The position numbers and the translations under genes were made by a program. Shown here piece after piece: positions 51,241-61,253 of a stretch of 64,000 nt of DNA (position 1 is the stretch's first letter; every line of letters starts with the position of its first letter). The stretch covers positions 18,629 to 82,628 of the forward strand of contig JAUZRN010000018.1 in NCBI GenBank assembly GCA_030950375.1, given 5' to 3'. Source of the DNA: Rhodothermus sp. (GTDB lineage Bacteria > Bacteroidota > Rhodothermia > Rhodothermales > Rhodothermaceae). The notes below the pieces were generated by a model that saw nothing but the letters and a program-made list of their open reading frames with translations, had not been told where the DNA came from and ran no database searches.

Positions 51241-53361
51241 ATGCGTACGCGACATTTCTGCATGGGCTATCTGCTGCTGGGCCTGTGGAGTATCGCCGGC
51301 CTGCCGGCACGGTCTCAGCAACCCGACACCTTGACCGCCGATACCCTCCGGGTTCCTTCGCTGGCCGTGCAGGCCTGGTCTGACGGGGCCCGCGTGGTAC
51401 TCCGATGGGCACCCGCTTCGTTTCTCGCCTGGGATCATGGCAATGCCGTGGGTTACCATGTGGAACGCACACGTATCAATCCCCAGGAACCCCCGTCCGC
51501 CCCGCTCACCTACGACCGACTGACGTCCCAACCCCTTCGCCCCTGGCCGCTGGAAACCTGGCGTCAACGCATTCCGAATCCTGAAGCACGTCCGCAGGCC
51601 GCCATCGCCGCTCAGATGCTCTATGGTACCCCTGCGCCCATTCAGGCCCGTAACCCCTTCGAAGCGGCCCAGCTACGCGCAGCCGAGCAGGAAAATCGCT
51701 TCAGCTTTGCCCTGTTTGCGGCCGATCTCGACTCCCTGGCTGCCGAAGGGCTGGGCCTGCGTTACGAAGATGCCACGGTTGAACCTGGCGCCACGTACAT
51801 CTATCGGGTTTTTGCAGCGGAACCCCATCCCTCGCTGCGTCTCGACACGGCCTACGTGGTGGTAACCGTGAACCCAACACCACCCGCCACGCTTGACTTC
51901 GCGATCGAAGTGGAAGCTGGAGACGGTCAGCTGCGGCTCTGCTGGGATCCCCGGCTGGCTACTTATGCCTTCACCGCCTACGTGGTCGAGCGATCCGAAG
52001 ACGGCCAGCAGTATCGCCTCATGACAGAAACGCCTCTGGTCCAGCTCGAAACCAACGCCACACTGGCCGAAAATCGCAGTCTCTGTTTTACCGATACGAC
52101 TACCGTCAATTACCGGCGCTACTTCTATCGGATCTATGGCATCGATGCCTTTGCCCATCGCTCACGCCCCCTTGAAGTCATTGGAATGTCCCGAGACAGG
52201 ACCCCACCTCCAGCCCCGGTGCTTGAAGCAACCGAACACGTGCGCGAAAGCACAGTACGATTGCGCTGGCGTCTCGATAATCCTTCGCCAGATCTGGAAG
52301 GGTTCTTTATTGGCATCTCCAACAGCCCGGACGGTCCCTTTGAGATTGGCGAGCAGCTTCCGCCTTCAGCCCGTGAGGCGACCGACAGCCGTGCAATCTC
52401 CGGCATCAATAACTATTACATTGTATTGGCGGTTGACACGGCAGGGAACCTCTCCTCTTCCATGCCGCACTACGTGCATCTGATCGACTCGATTCCACCT
52501 GCGCCTCCAACCGGACTGATCGCTCAAGTGGACACCACAGGCATCCTGACCCTTCGCTGGCGATCCAATCAAGAGCCTGACCTGCTGGGCTACCGCGTCT
52601 ATCGGGCCAACCAGCTCGACCATACCTTCACGCTGGAAACCGGCTTCCCCCTGACCGACACCGTCTTTGTGGACACCCTCAGCCTGAATACGCTGACCGA
52701 GGCCATCTATTACCGGGTGGTAGCCCTGGACCGCAATTACAATCCTTCGGCGCCTTCCGAACCGGTACAGGTACTTCTCCCCGATCAGATACCGCCCGTT
52801 TCTCCCCTCTTTACCCGCGTCACACCAACCGACTCCAGCATTATCCTCCACTGGATTCCCAGCAGTAGCCCGGACGTGGTGCGCGTCTACCTTTACCGCA
52901 AACGCCCCAATGAAATCCTCTGGCATGAAATCGCTGTACTGGACCCAACCACCAGCCGCTACGAAGACACCACGGTTCAGCCGGAACGCCGCTATTACTA
53001 CACCCTGCGTGCGGAAGACGACGCCGGAAACCTCTCCCGACCAGCTCCCCCGGTCCAGGCCCGTCCGTATGTCAAAACCTTACGTCCCCCTGTTACCCGC
53101 CTGCGGGCACGCTATGATGCCCGCCAACGGGCCATCCAGCTCACCTGGTCCTACACCCATGCCCGACCGCACTGGTTTGTCGTCTTTCGAGCCGTGGAAG
53201 ACCAGCCTCTCCGTCGTTATCAATCGGCCGGTCGGTTTACACAATTTCTGGATATGGACCTGATCGGCCCCGGCACCTACCGCTATGCCGTACAGGTTTA
53301 TTTTGAAGACGGAGGCATTTCGCCCCTTAGCGAACCGGTCACGGTGGTTGTAGAAGAGTAG
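51241..53361 (+). CDS. Secreted fibronectin type III multi-domain protein (706 aa)
   Basis: Signal peptide and about six FN3-like modules (VVLRW..YIYRV, LRLCW..YFYRI, VRLRW..YYIV, LTLRW..GYRVYR..YYRVVA, ILHW..YYYTL, QLTW..YRYAV); no T9SS CTD. Confidence 0.85.
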   Translation: MRTRHFCMGYLLLGLWSIAGLPARSQQPDTLTADTLRVPSLAVQAWSDGARVVLRWAPASFLAWDHGNAVGYHVERTRINPQEPPSAPLTYDRLTSQPLRPWPLETWRQRIPNPEARPQAAIAAQMLYGTPAPIQARNPFEAAQLRAAEQENRFSFALFAADLDSLAAEGLGLRYEDATVEPGATYIYRVFAAEPHPSLRLDTAYVVVTVNPTPPATLDFAIEVEAGDGQLRLCWDPRLATYAFTAYVVERSEDGQQYRLMTETPLVQLETNATLAENRSLCFTDTTTVNYRRYFYRIYGIDAFAHRSRPLEVIGMSRDRTPPPAPVLEATEHVRESTVRLRWRLDNPSPDLEGFFIGISNSPDGPFEIGEQLPPSAREATDSRAISGINNYYIVLAVDTAGNLSSSMPHYVHLIDSIPPAPPTGLIAQVDTTGILTLRWRSNQEPDLLGYRVYRANQLDHTFTLETGFPLTDTVFVDTLSLNTLTEAIYYRVVALDRNYNPSAPSEPVQVLLPDQIPPVSPLFTRVTPTDSSIILHWIPSSSPDVVRVYLYRKRPNEILWHEIAVLDPTTSRYEDTTVQPERRYYYTLRAEDDAGNLSRPAPPVQARPYVKTLRPPVTRLRARYDARQRAIQLTWSYTHARPHWFVVFRAVEDQPLRRYQSAGRFTQFLDMDLIGPGTYRYAVQVYFEDGGISPLSEPVTVVVEE

Positions 53362-53406
53362 CCACGTACCGTGACTTTCCGAAGCGGAGAAACAACTTCA
53401 GGCCGT

Positions 53407-54525
53407 TCACAATCCAGCGCGTGGCAAGGTACGGCCGGTTTCGGCATCAAACAGGTGTATCCTGGCAGGATCAACCCGCAAACCTACTGCCTGCCCTAAC
53501 GCAGGCCGCTTCGCTGTCTCAACCCGCGCCACAATCGTGTGCTGCCCCACCCGCACATACAGATGCACCACAGCGCCCAGCACCTCCAGCGTCTCCACCT
53601 GGCCATGTATCCCAGCGGCTTCGCCGGCAGCTGTCAATGCGACGGCTTCAGGACGTACGCCCAGCGTCACGGCCTGTCCCGGACGGACTTCCGGCCAGTC
53701 GGCCGCGTTAAGCTTAAGCTGCACCTGCCCCTCTTCTCCCACGAATTGCAGGCCATCCAGATGCTCTAATCGTCCTTCAATGAAGTTCATGGGAGGATTG
53801 CCAATAAATCCAGCTACGAAGCGATTGGCCGGCCGGTGATAGACCTCCAGCGGCGTCCCAATTTGCTGCACCTGTCCCTGATTGAGTACGACGATACGTT
53901 GGCCCAGCGTCATGGCCTCTACCTGATCGTGCGTCACATAGAGCATGGTACGTCCCAGCTCTCGATGGAGCCGGGCCAGTTCGGCCCGCATCTCCACCCG
54001 AAGCCGGGCATCCAGGTTCGACAACGGCTCATCAAACAAAAACACGCGTGGTTCTCGCACAATGGCGCGTCCGACGGCCACACGCTGGCGCTGTCCGCCC
54101 GATAGCTGGTGCGGTCGTCGATCCAGGAGGTGCTCCAGCTCCAGCACACGGGCAGCCGCCCGCACCCGACGGTCAATCTCAGCCTTCGGTACGCGACGCA
54201 GCTTCAACCCAAAAGCCATGTTCTCGTAAACCGTCATGTGGGGATAGAGGGCATAATTCTGAAAAACCATGGCAATGTCGCGGTCGCGCGGCGGCACATC
54301 GTTGACTATCTGATCCCCAATGCAGATCGTACCCCGCGTAGCCGTCTCCAGTCCGGCCACCAGCCGCAACAGCGTGGTCTTGCCACAGCCCGAAGGGCCC
54401 AGCAACACCAGAAACTCACCCTCAGCGACCTCAAACGTCACGTCTTCCACGGCCACGTAGCCATTGTCATAGATCTTCCAGACATGCTCCAAACGGACCC
54501 CTGTTTTTTGCGCTGTCTCACGCAT
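53407..54525 (-). CDS. Sugar ABC transporter ATP-binding protein (MalK/MsmX type)
   Basis: Motifs GPSGCGKTT, VFQNYALYPH, LSGGQRQR, DEPLSNLD and YVTHDQ, plus a C-terminal TOBE-like region. Confidence 0.95.
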   Translation of the reverse strand: MRETAQKTGVRLEHVWKIYDNGYVAVEDVTFEVAEGEFLVLLGPSGCGKTTLLRLVAGLETATRGTICIGDQIVNDVPPRDRDIAMVFQNYALYPHMTVYENMAFGLKLRRVPKAEIDRRVRAAARVLELEHLLDRRPHQLSGGQRQRVAVGRAIVREPRVFLFDEPLSNLDARLRVEMRAELARLHRELGRTMLYVTHDQVEAMTLGQRIVVLNQGQVQQIGTPLEVYHRPANRFVAGFIGNPPMNFIEGRLEHLDGLQFVGEEGQVQLKLNAADWPEVRPGQAVTLGVRPEAVALTAAGEAAGIHGQVETLEVLGAVVHLYVRVGQHTIVARVETAKRPALGQAVGLRVDPARIHLFDAETGRTLPRAGL

Positions 54526-54759
54526 GCTTACGGTCTTTCAAATGGATTGGCGTAATCGGGTATCTGTCTGCAATGATGCCTGACGGCTATGGCGCGCTCG
54601 AAATACCTGGCCCTTACCGACTGCGCCCCTGCTGCTACCTGAGACGCCCCGAATAAGCCAGAAGGTACCGCTCATCATCCCGGGTTCCTGTAGTGAAAAC
54701 CGCTCCGCATGAGCTCGTAACAAGGTAACTGCTGCAAGCTGCGGCATAAGCCCATGCGT

Positions 54760-56205
54760 TTAATGGAAAGTGGTTTCGGTGGTCACCTCCTGGAGAAATT
54801 GTGCCAGCGCTTCGCCTTCCAGCAGCCTCAGCTGTTCCATACTCAGGTTGAGCACGACAGCCACCGAGCGCATTTTGTCGTTTGCCTCCACCCTGAAAAC
54901 ACGATAGGCGTAACGCATCCCTTCGTGGGTTACCTCTACAGGCGGCGCTCCTCGCGCATGGAGCCAACGCCGGGCCGGTTCGTGTCGGCTCACTTCCAGC
55001 AGTGTATAGAGTGCTTCGATGGTAGATTCGGCGCCGGCATTGTAATTAACCGCGCCTGGCCCCTGAATGCCATCGTAACCACGCCCTGTGGTTGGGTCGT
55101 ACATGGGTACGCCGGCCTCATTGTTGCCTGTTAGCCAGCTGGCAGCCAGCCCTGCCATTGTAGCGTAGCGCACATCGCCGGTCTGCTCGTAGAGCCGAAT
55201 GAGTCCCACTGCTACGCAGCGCACGGCATAGGCGATCTGTTCGTAGCGTTGTACCTGTGTCGAGTCATCCAGCGACATGGCGTACATCCAACCGTAAACA
55301 AGCAACCGCGGATAGAAATGCTCGGCTTCGTGGCGGGCCGACGCCAGGAAACCGGCTTCGGCCAGTGCCTGTGTCTGTGCATTCCCCCAGCCATGCCAGG
55401 TATCGATCCAGGAAGCATGGGCGCCGTATGGATGGCGTGCCATCGATCCGTACTGCATGAGGGCCATCCCCTCGGCCAACTGTCGGATCATGCGGGCCAG
55501 CATGGTATCGGGCGCAACGCGCTGTAACCGTACCAGCCCCAGCAACAACTCGCTGGAGGCGTCGGCGCCGTAGCGATACACCAGCCACTCCGGTACGGTG
55601 CGGCCGTTCACCTGTCGCGTATGTGGATAGCGGACCAGCCAGGTGCGGTCCAGGTGCACCAGCGCCCGTCGGGCCGCTGCAGCCGCCTGCGCAGCCAGCT
55701 CCGGGTTGGCCTCCCGCAACACGTCAGCCGCCATTCCCAGCGCCCACACGGCTCGACCTGCCCACCAGCCGAAGGGTTCGGCCCGACTGTTCGGATGCGT
55801 CGTGTTAATGTCGAGCTGGCTGGAGTACACAAAGTTGTAAAAAAGCCCATCCTCGCGCTGCATATAGCGCACAAAGCGGAGCAATTTTTCAGCGGTACGC
55901 TGAAATGCTTTGTTGCCTGTCAGTTCGTAAAGCCGCAGGTAGAGTACGGCTGCACGGGCCGCATCATCTACACAGGCCGTGCCTTCGTCGGGATCATCTA
56001 CCCAGCGATAGTCCGGGGCCTCGGCATAGAGATGCACGATGCGCAACACCGAGTCGCCCTGTACCACGTCTTCGCTCAGATACTCCAGATGGTCCAGGTT
56101 GATGGGTAGCTCGTCGAGCCCAGATCGGTCCGGCGCACCGACCTGGCAGCCGACCAGCGCCAGCCCTAAAAAGCCCGTAATGCTCAGCCAGAAACAACGC
56201 CTCAT
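54760..56205 (-). CDS. Lipoprotein with a six-hairpin (alpha/alpha)6 glycosidase-like domain
   Basis: Lipobox ALVGC, CVDDAARA, QREDGLFYNF, WWAGRAVWALG, and GYDG..NYNAGAESTIEAL. Confidence 0.68.
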   Translation of the reverse strand: MRRCFWLSITGFLGLALVGCQVGAPDRSGLDELPINLDHLEYLSEDVVQGDSVLRIVHLYAEAPDYRWVDDPDEGTACVDDAARAAVLYLRLYELTGNKAFQRTAEKLLRFVRYMQREDGLFYNFVYSSQLDINTTHPNSRAEPFGWWAGRAVWALGMAADVLREANPELAAQAAAAARRALVHLDRTWLVRYPHTRQVNGRTVPEWLVYRYGADASSELLLGLVRLQRVAPDTMLARMIRQLAEGMALMQYGSMARHPYGAHASWIDTWHGWGNAQTQALAEAGFLASARHEAEHFYPRLLVYGWMYAMSLDDSTQVQRYEQIAYAVRCVAVGLIRLYEQTGDVRYATMAGLAASWLTGNNEAGVPMYDPTTGRGYDGIQGPGAVNYNAGAESTIEALYTLLEVSRHEPARRWLHARGAPPVEVTHEGMRYAYRVFRVEANDKMRSVAVVLNLSMEQLRLLEGEALAQFLQEVTTETTFH

Positions 56206-57011
56206 CCTTTCAGCCCACCAGTAGCAAAACTCTGAATGAAATACCGCTGGAAAAATAGGTAGGCCAGCACAATGGGTAACGCCAGCAGAAAGGCGGCTGC
56301 CAGTTGCGGACCGAGCTGTCCTTCAGCGCCGCCCCCCACCGCAAAAAGCGCCACCAGTTGTGGCAACGTCATCCACTGCACCTCTCGCACCACGATAATG
56401 GGCCACAGCACTTCGTTCCAGCTTCCAATAAAGGTGAGCAACCCCACGGTTACCAGGGCCGGCACCGACAGTGGCCAGATGATCGTAAACAGAATACGCA
56501 GTTCGCCACAGCCATCGATCCGGGCCGCATCGATCAAATCGCGCGGAATTGTCAGAAAGCTCTGGCGCAGGATCAGCACGCCCGTGGCGTTCATCATAAA
56601 GGGTACGATCAGCCCCAGCAGCGAGTCGGTCCAGCCCAGCCGCACTACCAGCGTGTAGAGTGGAATAAGCAGCAGCAGGAAGGGCACCATCATCGTAAAC
56701 AAGATGATCGAAAAGACCGTCTCGCGACCGCGCCAGTGCAGCTTGGCCAGCGCGTAGGCGGCCATCGACGTAAAAACAAGCACCGAAGCGGTCACGGCCA
56801 GGGCCACCACCAGGCTGTTCAGCAATCCGCGCCCGACCGGAATACGCTCGAAGACGAGCCGATAGTGGTCCAGCGTCCACCGGGAAGGCAGCAGCGTCAG
56901 CTCGGAAATTTCTGCCTCCGGTGTAAACGTGGCGATGCCCATCCAGACGAACGGATAGGCAAACACCACCAGCCCGATCCCGAGTAACAGGTAAAGTCCC
57001 AGCCGGCGCAT
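56202..57011 (-). CDS. Carbohydrate ABC transporter permease (MalG-like)
   Basis: EAA motif IPRDLIDAARIDGC, FIGSWNE and six TM segments. Confidence 0.95.
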   Translation of the reverse strand: MRRLGLYLLLGIGLVVFAYPFVWMGIATFTPEAEISELTLLPSRWTLDHYRLVFERIPVGRGLLNSLVVALAVTASVLVFTSMAAYALAKLHWRGRETVFSIILFTMMVPFLLLLIPLYTLVVRLGWTDSLLGLIVPFMMNATGVLILRQSFLTIPRDLIDAARIDGCGELRILFTIIWPLSVPALVTVGLLTFIGSWNEVLWPIIVVREVQWMTLPQLVALFAVGGGAEGQLGPQLAAAFLLALPIVLAYLFFQRYFIQSFATGGLKG

Positions 57012-57014
57012 GAT

Positions 57015-57917
57015 TCAGCTCCACGTGTCGGTTTCTACAAAACGTCGCTGTAGCAGCACCACGATGAAAATTACCAGTGCAAAGCAGAAACCCAGCGCCG
57101 CCGCATAGCCCATATGGTTGAAATAGAAAGCCTGGTTGTAGATGTAGAGCACAGCCGAGAGCGTGGCGTTGAGTGGTCCGCCGCCCGTCAGGATGTACGG
57201 TTCGATGAACAGGGAAAACCCACCGATTGTCGAGAGCACCACGACCGTTACCATCGTCGGGTTCAGCATGGGAAGCGTCACATGCCACCACCGCTGCCAG
57301 GCATTGGCCCCGTCCAGCTCGGCTGCCTCGTACAGATGCCGGGGAATGTGCTGTAATCCGGCCAGAAACAGCACAATGTACAGGCCTACGTTCTTCCAGG
57401 TCGCCATCAAGGCAATCGACGGCATGGCCAGCGTCGGCGACACCAGCCATGGTACCGGTTCGCCTCCCAGCGCCCGAATCATCCGATTGATCAGCCCGGT
57501 ATCGAACGCAAACAGTTGCTGAAACAGAATCGTAATGACCACCCCCGAGACGACTACCGGCATAAAGTAGGCTGCCCGAAAAAAACCTCGTCCTTTGAGT
57601 GGACGGTTCAGCAGCTCCGCAAAGAACAGGGCCACAATGATCTGCAGCGGAATGTGAATGGTCAGAAAGATCCCTGTGTTAAGCAGCGCCCGGAAGAACA
57701 GATCGTCCCGCACCAGTCGCACAAAATTTTTCACCCCCACGAATTCCATAGGGGTGACAATGTCCCAGCGATGGAACATCAGCACGAAGGCAAACAGGAG
57801 CGGATAGCCAAAGAACACGGCCATGTGCAACAGGTAAGGCGCTACCAGCACATAGCCGCTCCGCTCACTGCGTGGACGGCGTTGCCAACGCGGCCGTATC
57901 GATGGCATCTCAGGCAT
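57015..57917 (-). CDS. Carbohydrate ABC transporter permease (MalF-like)
   Basis: EAA motif IPRHLYEAAELDGA..WHVTLPML and MGYAAA. Confidence 0.95.
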   Translation of the reverse strand: MPEMPSIRPRWQRRPRSERSGYVLVAPYLLHMAVFFGYPLLFAFVLMFHRWDIVTPMEFVGVKNFVRLVRDDLFFRALLNTGIFLTIHIPLQIIVALFFAELLNRPLKGRGFFRAAYFMPVVVSGVVITILFQQLFAFDTGLINRMIRALGGEPVPWLVSPTLAMPSIALMATWKNVGLYIVLFLAGLQHIPRHLYEAAELDGANAWQRWWHVTLPMLNPTMVTVVVLSTIGGFSLFIEPYILTGGGPLNATLSAVLYIYNQAFYFNHMGYAAALGFCFALVIFIVVLLQRRFVETDTWS

Positions 57918-59250
57918 TCCAGTCCAGGATCATCCGAATGCGACGGAGTGCGCGACGCGTTGCTTCGGTCGGAGCGCGCACGCCATAAACGGCGGCGGCC
58001 TCGAACTCCTGGGCAAAGGCATCCAGGATTTCCTTCAGATCGGGTACGCTGTCGACGCTTCGCGTATAGGCTGCCTGGGCAGCAAAATGGCGAAGAATCG
58101 GGTACCGTTCAAACACCGGCGCAAAATACGGATCGTCCAGCAGCCCCCGACGCACAGGAATCTGACGCGTGCGTTCCAGCAGTCGCCGATCGGCTCTGCG
58201 TGAAACCAGAAAACGGGCCAGTCGCCAGGCCGCTTCGGGATGTTGCGTGGTCGAAAAGATTACAATGTTTTTGTAATCGCCGTAAGTATAAACCGGTCCC
58301 TCGTGGTCATCCGGCACAGGAAGCGGCGCCACATCGTAGGTCAGGGCCGACGGTGCGTTCTTCTCCAGCCAGATCAGGTGCCAGGGACCAGTAAAATCGG
58401 TGGCAAGCTGCCCCTGGATGAACCGGCTTCCCCCGCTGGTCCAGACGGCTTTCGGGAAAGCGCCCATTGCGTAGAGACGAGCAAAGAAAGCGAACACACG
58501 GTTTGAAGCGGCCGTGTCGAGCGCCAGTTGTCCCTGGCGGTCAAAAAGCGTGCGCCCGCCTGAAGCGGCAATGTAAAAGGCGTAGTAGTCGAAATAGCGT
58601 TGCCACCAGATGGGGCGGATGTCGCGATAGCCCATCCATCGATCAATGAGCCCGTCGCCATCGATGTCGGCCACGAGGCGGCGGGCTGCTTCCAGGTATT
58701 CGCTGTAGGTGCGCGGTGGCCGATCAAGACCTGCTTCTCGAAGTAGTTGGACGTTATAGAACATCATAACCGGATTCGTCTTCCAGGGCAGCTGGTAGAA
58801 ATGACCGTCGCGGGATCGGAACGATTCGCGTACTGTCTCGGGAATGCGCGCCACAAGTAGCGAATCAAAATCCGGAAATTGATCGAGTGGTACCAGGGCG
58901 CCAGCCTCAACGAAATCCTCAACAATGCCCGGCCAGATGTTCGAGCACAGATCAGGCGTCGTGCCTGCAGCCACAGCGGCCAGTAGCACCTCTTCGCTCG
59001 ACTGACCGGCCGGGATGGGCTGCACAATCACTTCAACGTCCGGATTGGCCACCGTCCATTCGGCTACCAGCTCCCGGGCCAGAGCCAGTTCATCGGGGTT
59101 AGGAGCCGTCCAGTAGACGAGCCGAGTTTTTCCGTTCTCCACGACGTACCTCGAAGCCGGCCGCTGGCATCCTATCAGCAGCATGACCAGCAACACGCCC
59201 GACAGCACGCTGCCCTCCATCAGCAGCCGTAGCTTTTGCCCGGGATTCAT
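57910..59250 (-). CDS. Extracellular solute-binding lipoprotein (family 1)
   Basis: Lipobox LIGC, AAGTTPD, YNVQLLREAG, PRTYSEY and GPW. Confidence 0.92.
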   Translation of the reverse strand: MNPGQKLRLLMEGSVLSGVLLVMLLIGCQRPASRYVVENGKTRLVYWTAPNPDELALARELVAEWTVANPDVEVIVQPIPAGQSSEEVLLAAVAAGTTPDLCSNIWPGIVEDFVEAGALVPLDQFPDFDSLLVARIPETVRESFRSRDGHFYQLPWKTNPVMMFYNVQLLREAGLDRPPRTYSEYLEAARRLVADIDGDGLIDRWMGYRDIRPIWWQRYFDYYAFYIAASGGRTLFDRQGQLALDTAASNRVFAFFARLYAMGAFPKAVWTSGGSRFIQGQLATDFTGPWHLIWLEKNAPSALTYDVAPLPVPDDHEGPVYTYGDYKNIVIFSTTQHPEAAWRLARFLVSRRADRRLLERTRQIPVRRGLLDDPYFAPVFERYPILRHFAAQAAYTRSVDSVPDLKEILDAFAQEFEAAAVYGVRAPTEATRRALRRIRMILDWNA

Positions 59251-59271
59251 GTTCAGCGGAATTTTACGTTT

Positions 59272-60333
59272 TCAACGTACGGACGAAGCGCGAACCAACA
59301 GCTCGCAGGGTACCACAATAATATGCTGTCCTCGGGCATACGGCCGGTATGCTGGATCTGGCGTCATCCGTTCGATCAGATGACGCATGGCCAGCTCGCC
59401 CAGCTGCTCCTTGAAAACCCGCACGCTGGTGAGCGGCACTGGGGCCTGTGCGGCGCTCTGTACGTCGTCGAACCCCACCAGCGCTATATCATCAGGCACG
59501 CGCAGACCGTTTTGTAACAGCGTCTCCATCACCCCCAGTGCCAGCGCATCGTTGGCACAGAAAGCAGCGGTAGGACGCTCCGCCAGCGCCAGCAGACGCT
59601 GTCCCAGTAACTGTCCCGTAGCTCGCGTAGGTTCAGCTTCCGGTTCGATAAGCACCAGTGCCGGATCCATCGACCGCCCGATCCGCCCCAGTGCGATCCG
59701 ATAGCCCTCTAACCGATGGGCAATGCTCGGATGCTGAAGGTCCGCCCCGATAAAAGCGATCCGCTGGTGTCCCTGCCGAATCAAATGCTCGACGGCCGCT
59801 CGGGCCCCTCCCTGGTTATCAATCACCACCGCCGGCAACCCCTCAGCCTCATAGTCGATGAGCACGGCAGGCAGCTTCATCGACCGCACCTCCTCCAGAA
59901 ACGCATCACTGACCTTACCTGCAATCAGCAGACCGTCAACGCTCCGTTCTCGCAGAAAACGCGGTGTATGCTCACCCCTGCGATAGGCCCGAGGAATCGT
60001 GGTCAACAGCACATAGAGGTTGTGCAGCCGTGCTTCAAATTCGGTTCCAAGAAAAATATAAGTATAAAACGGTTCACTTCGGGTAAAATGGTCTTCACGA
60101 AGCACAAAACCTACATTGCCAGTGCGTTGTAACGATAGATCACGCGCCGCCCGCAATGGCACATACCCCAGCTCCCTGGCAGCCTGCAACACACGCCGAC
60201 GTGTCGCCTCGCTAACCTTCCCTTTGTTGTTGAGCACCAACGAGACGGTCGAGATAGACACACCAGCAACCCGCGCGACCTCTCGAATGGTACATCGTGA
60301 AGGGCCCATGCAGATACAGGTTTTATTGTTCAC
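59272..60333 (-). CDS. LacI-family transcriptional regulator; true start probably 60309
   Basis: HTH TIREVARVAGVSISTVSLVLN..LGYVP, and ligand domain CANDALALG and GFDD. Confidence 0.95.
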   Translation of the reverse strand: MNNKTCICMGPSRCTIREVARVAGVSISTVSLVLNNKGKVSEATRRRVLQAARELGYVPLRAARDLSLQRTGNVGFVLREDHFTRSEPFYTYIFLGTEFEARLHNLYVLLTTIPRAYRRGEHTPRFLRERSVDGLLIAGKVSDAFLEEVRSMKLPAVLIDYEAEGLPAVVIDNQGGARAAVEHLIRQGHQRIAFIGADLQHPSIAHRLEGYRIALGRIGRSMDPALVLIEPEAEPTRATGQLLGQRLLALAERPTAAFCANDALALGVMETLLQNGLRVPDDIALVGFDDVQSAAQAPVPLTSVRVFKEQLGELAMRHLIERMTPDPAYRPYARGQHIIVVPCELLVRASSVR

Positions 60334-60345
60334 TAAATCGATTTA
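60334..60345. promoter_or_regulatory. Putative LacI operator
   Basis: Perfect CG-centred palindrome TAAATC|GATTTA about 25 bp upstream of the likely lacI start. Confidence 0.6.
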
Positions 60346-61253
60346 CTTAAAATTTACCCTATTTTATGTAATCCTGTCAAGTTTTCTCCTCTTTTTGTCC
60401 GGACGCCCTGAAGCCCCCTTTCCCTACAACAAGCACTGTGCTCAACATGCACTTATTTTAACGGTTGCGCAGGAAAGCGCATGCTCCTCTCTACTACGAG
60501 GGCTATGTTTTGGCGGGCCAGTCCCGAAGCGATAGATGCTCGCCCCGCCCGCCTATCGCTGCCTCTATACCCTCTATGTACACGGCATCTCGACCGCTGC
60601 AGGTCGAGGATGGATTCAAGCCCTCTGTACCCCATACCGCAACAAAAACGCGCCTTTCTGCCCCCATTGTGCAATCAAAAAAGCCGATTCGGGAACTTGA
60701 CAAGCTGTGTGTGCCAATTAGAAAGGGTCGTGCCGACCTGCGTCCCCACCGCCTGACCGAACCCATCAGACGCGCCTCGGCTCTTCTCAAAGGCAATGGG
60801 TTATGAAACACGATGCTTTTCTGAGCCCTGCCTCAGCCATCTTTTTTTTCTCACGTACAGCAATTGCGAAACGCCGCCTCTAAAAGCACGCCAGCCAGTT
60901 ATTCAGATCATGCTTTCCAGCCCTTCCTATCTATGCAAAGGAATGAATATCGCAAGTGATCAAACGGAACATTCTCAAAGACCAACTTTGGGCAGCTTAT
61001 CAGCAAGAAGATGCAGAACAGTTAGTTCCCTTTGAAACTTACTCCAGCAGATTTAAAATTATCTGTTTACACACAGGAAATATGCTATACAATAACGCGG
61101 GCTCACATAAGGCAGCGCTACTGGTTTGCACCAAGGTGGATCCGGGTTATATATTGGCTTTGTGCGTATTGAGCATCATACTCCTTCTGTGAAGAAGAAT
61201 GGGTTGATACTGCTTGCCAGGGCCGACCTAACGAATAAACGTAGCCTGTAACT

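Noticed and set aside
54526-54759. Possible GH130 remnant or small ORF (54538-54747) between the six-hairpin gene and the ABC ATPase
   Set aside because: Only a vague CGAVF..YLLAYSG resemblance with several stops; not supportable without a search.
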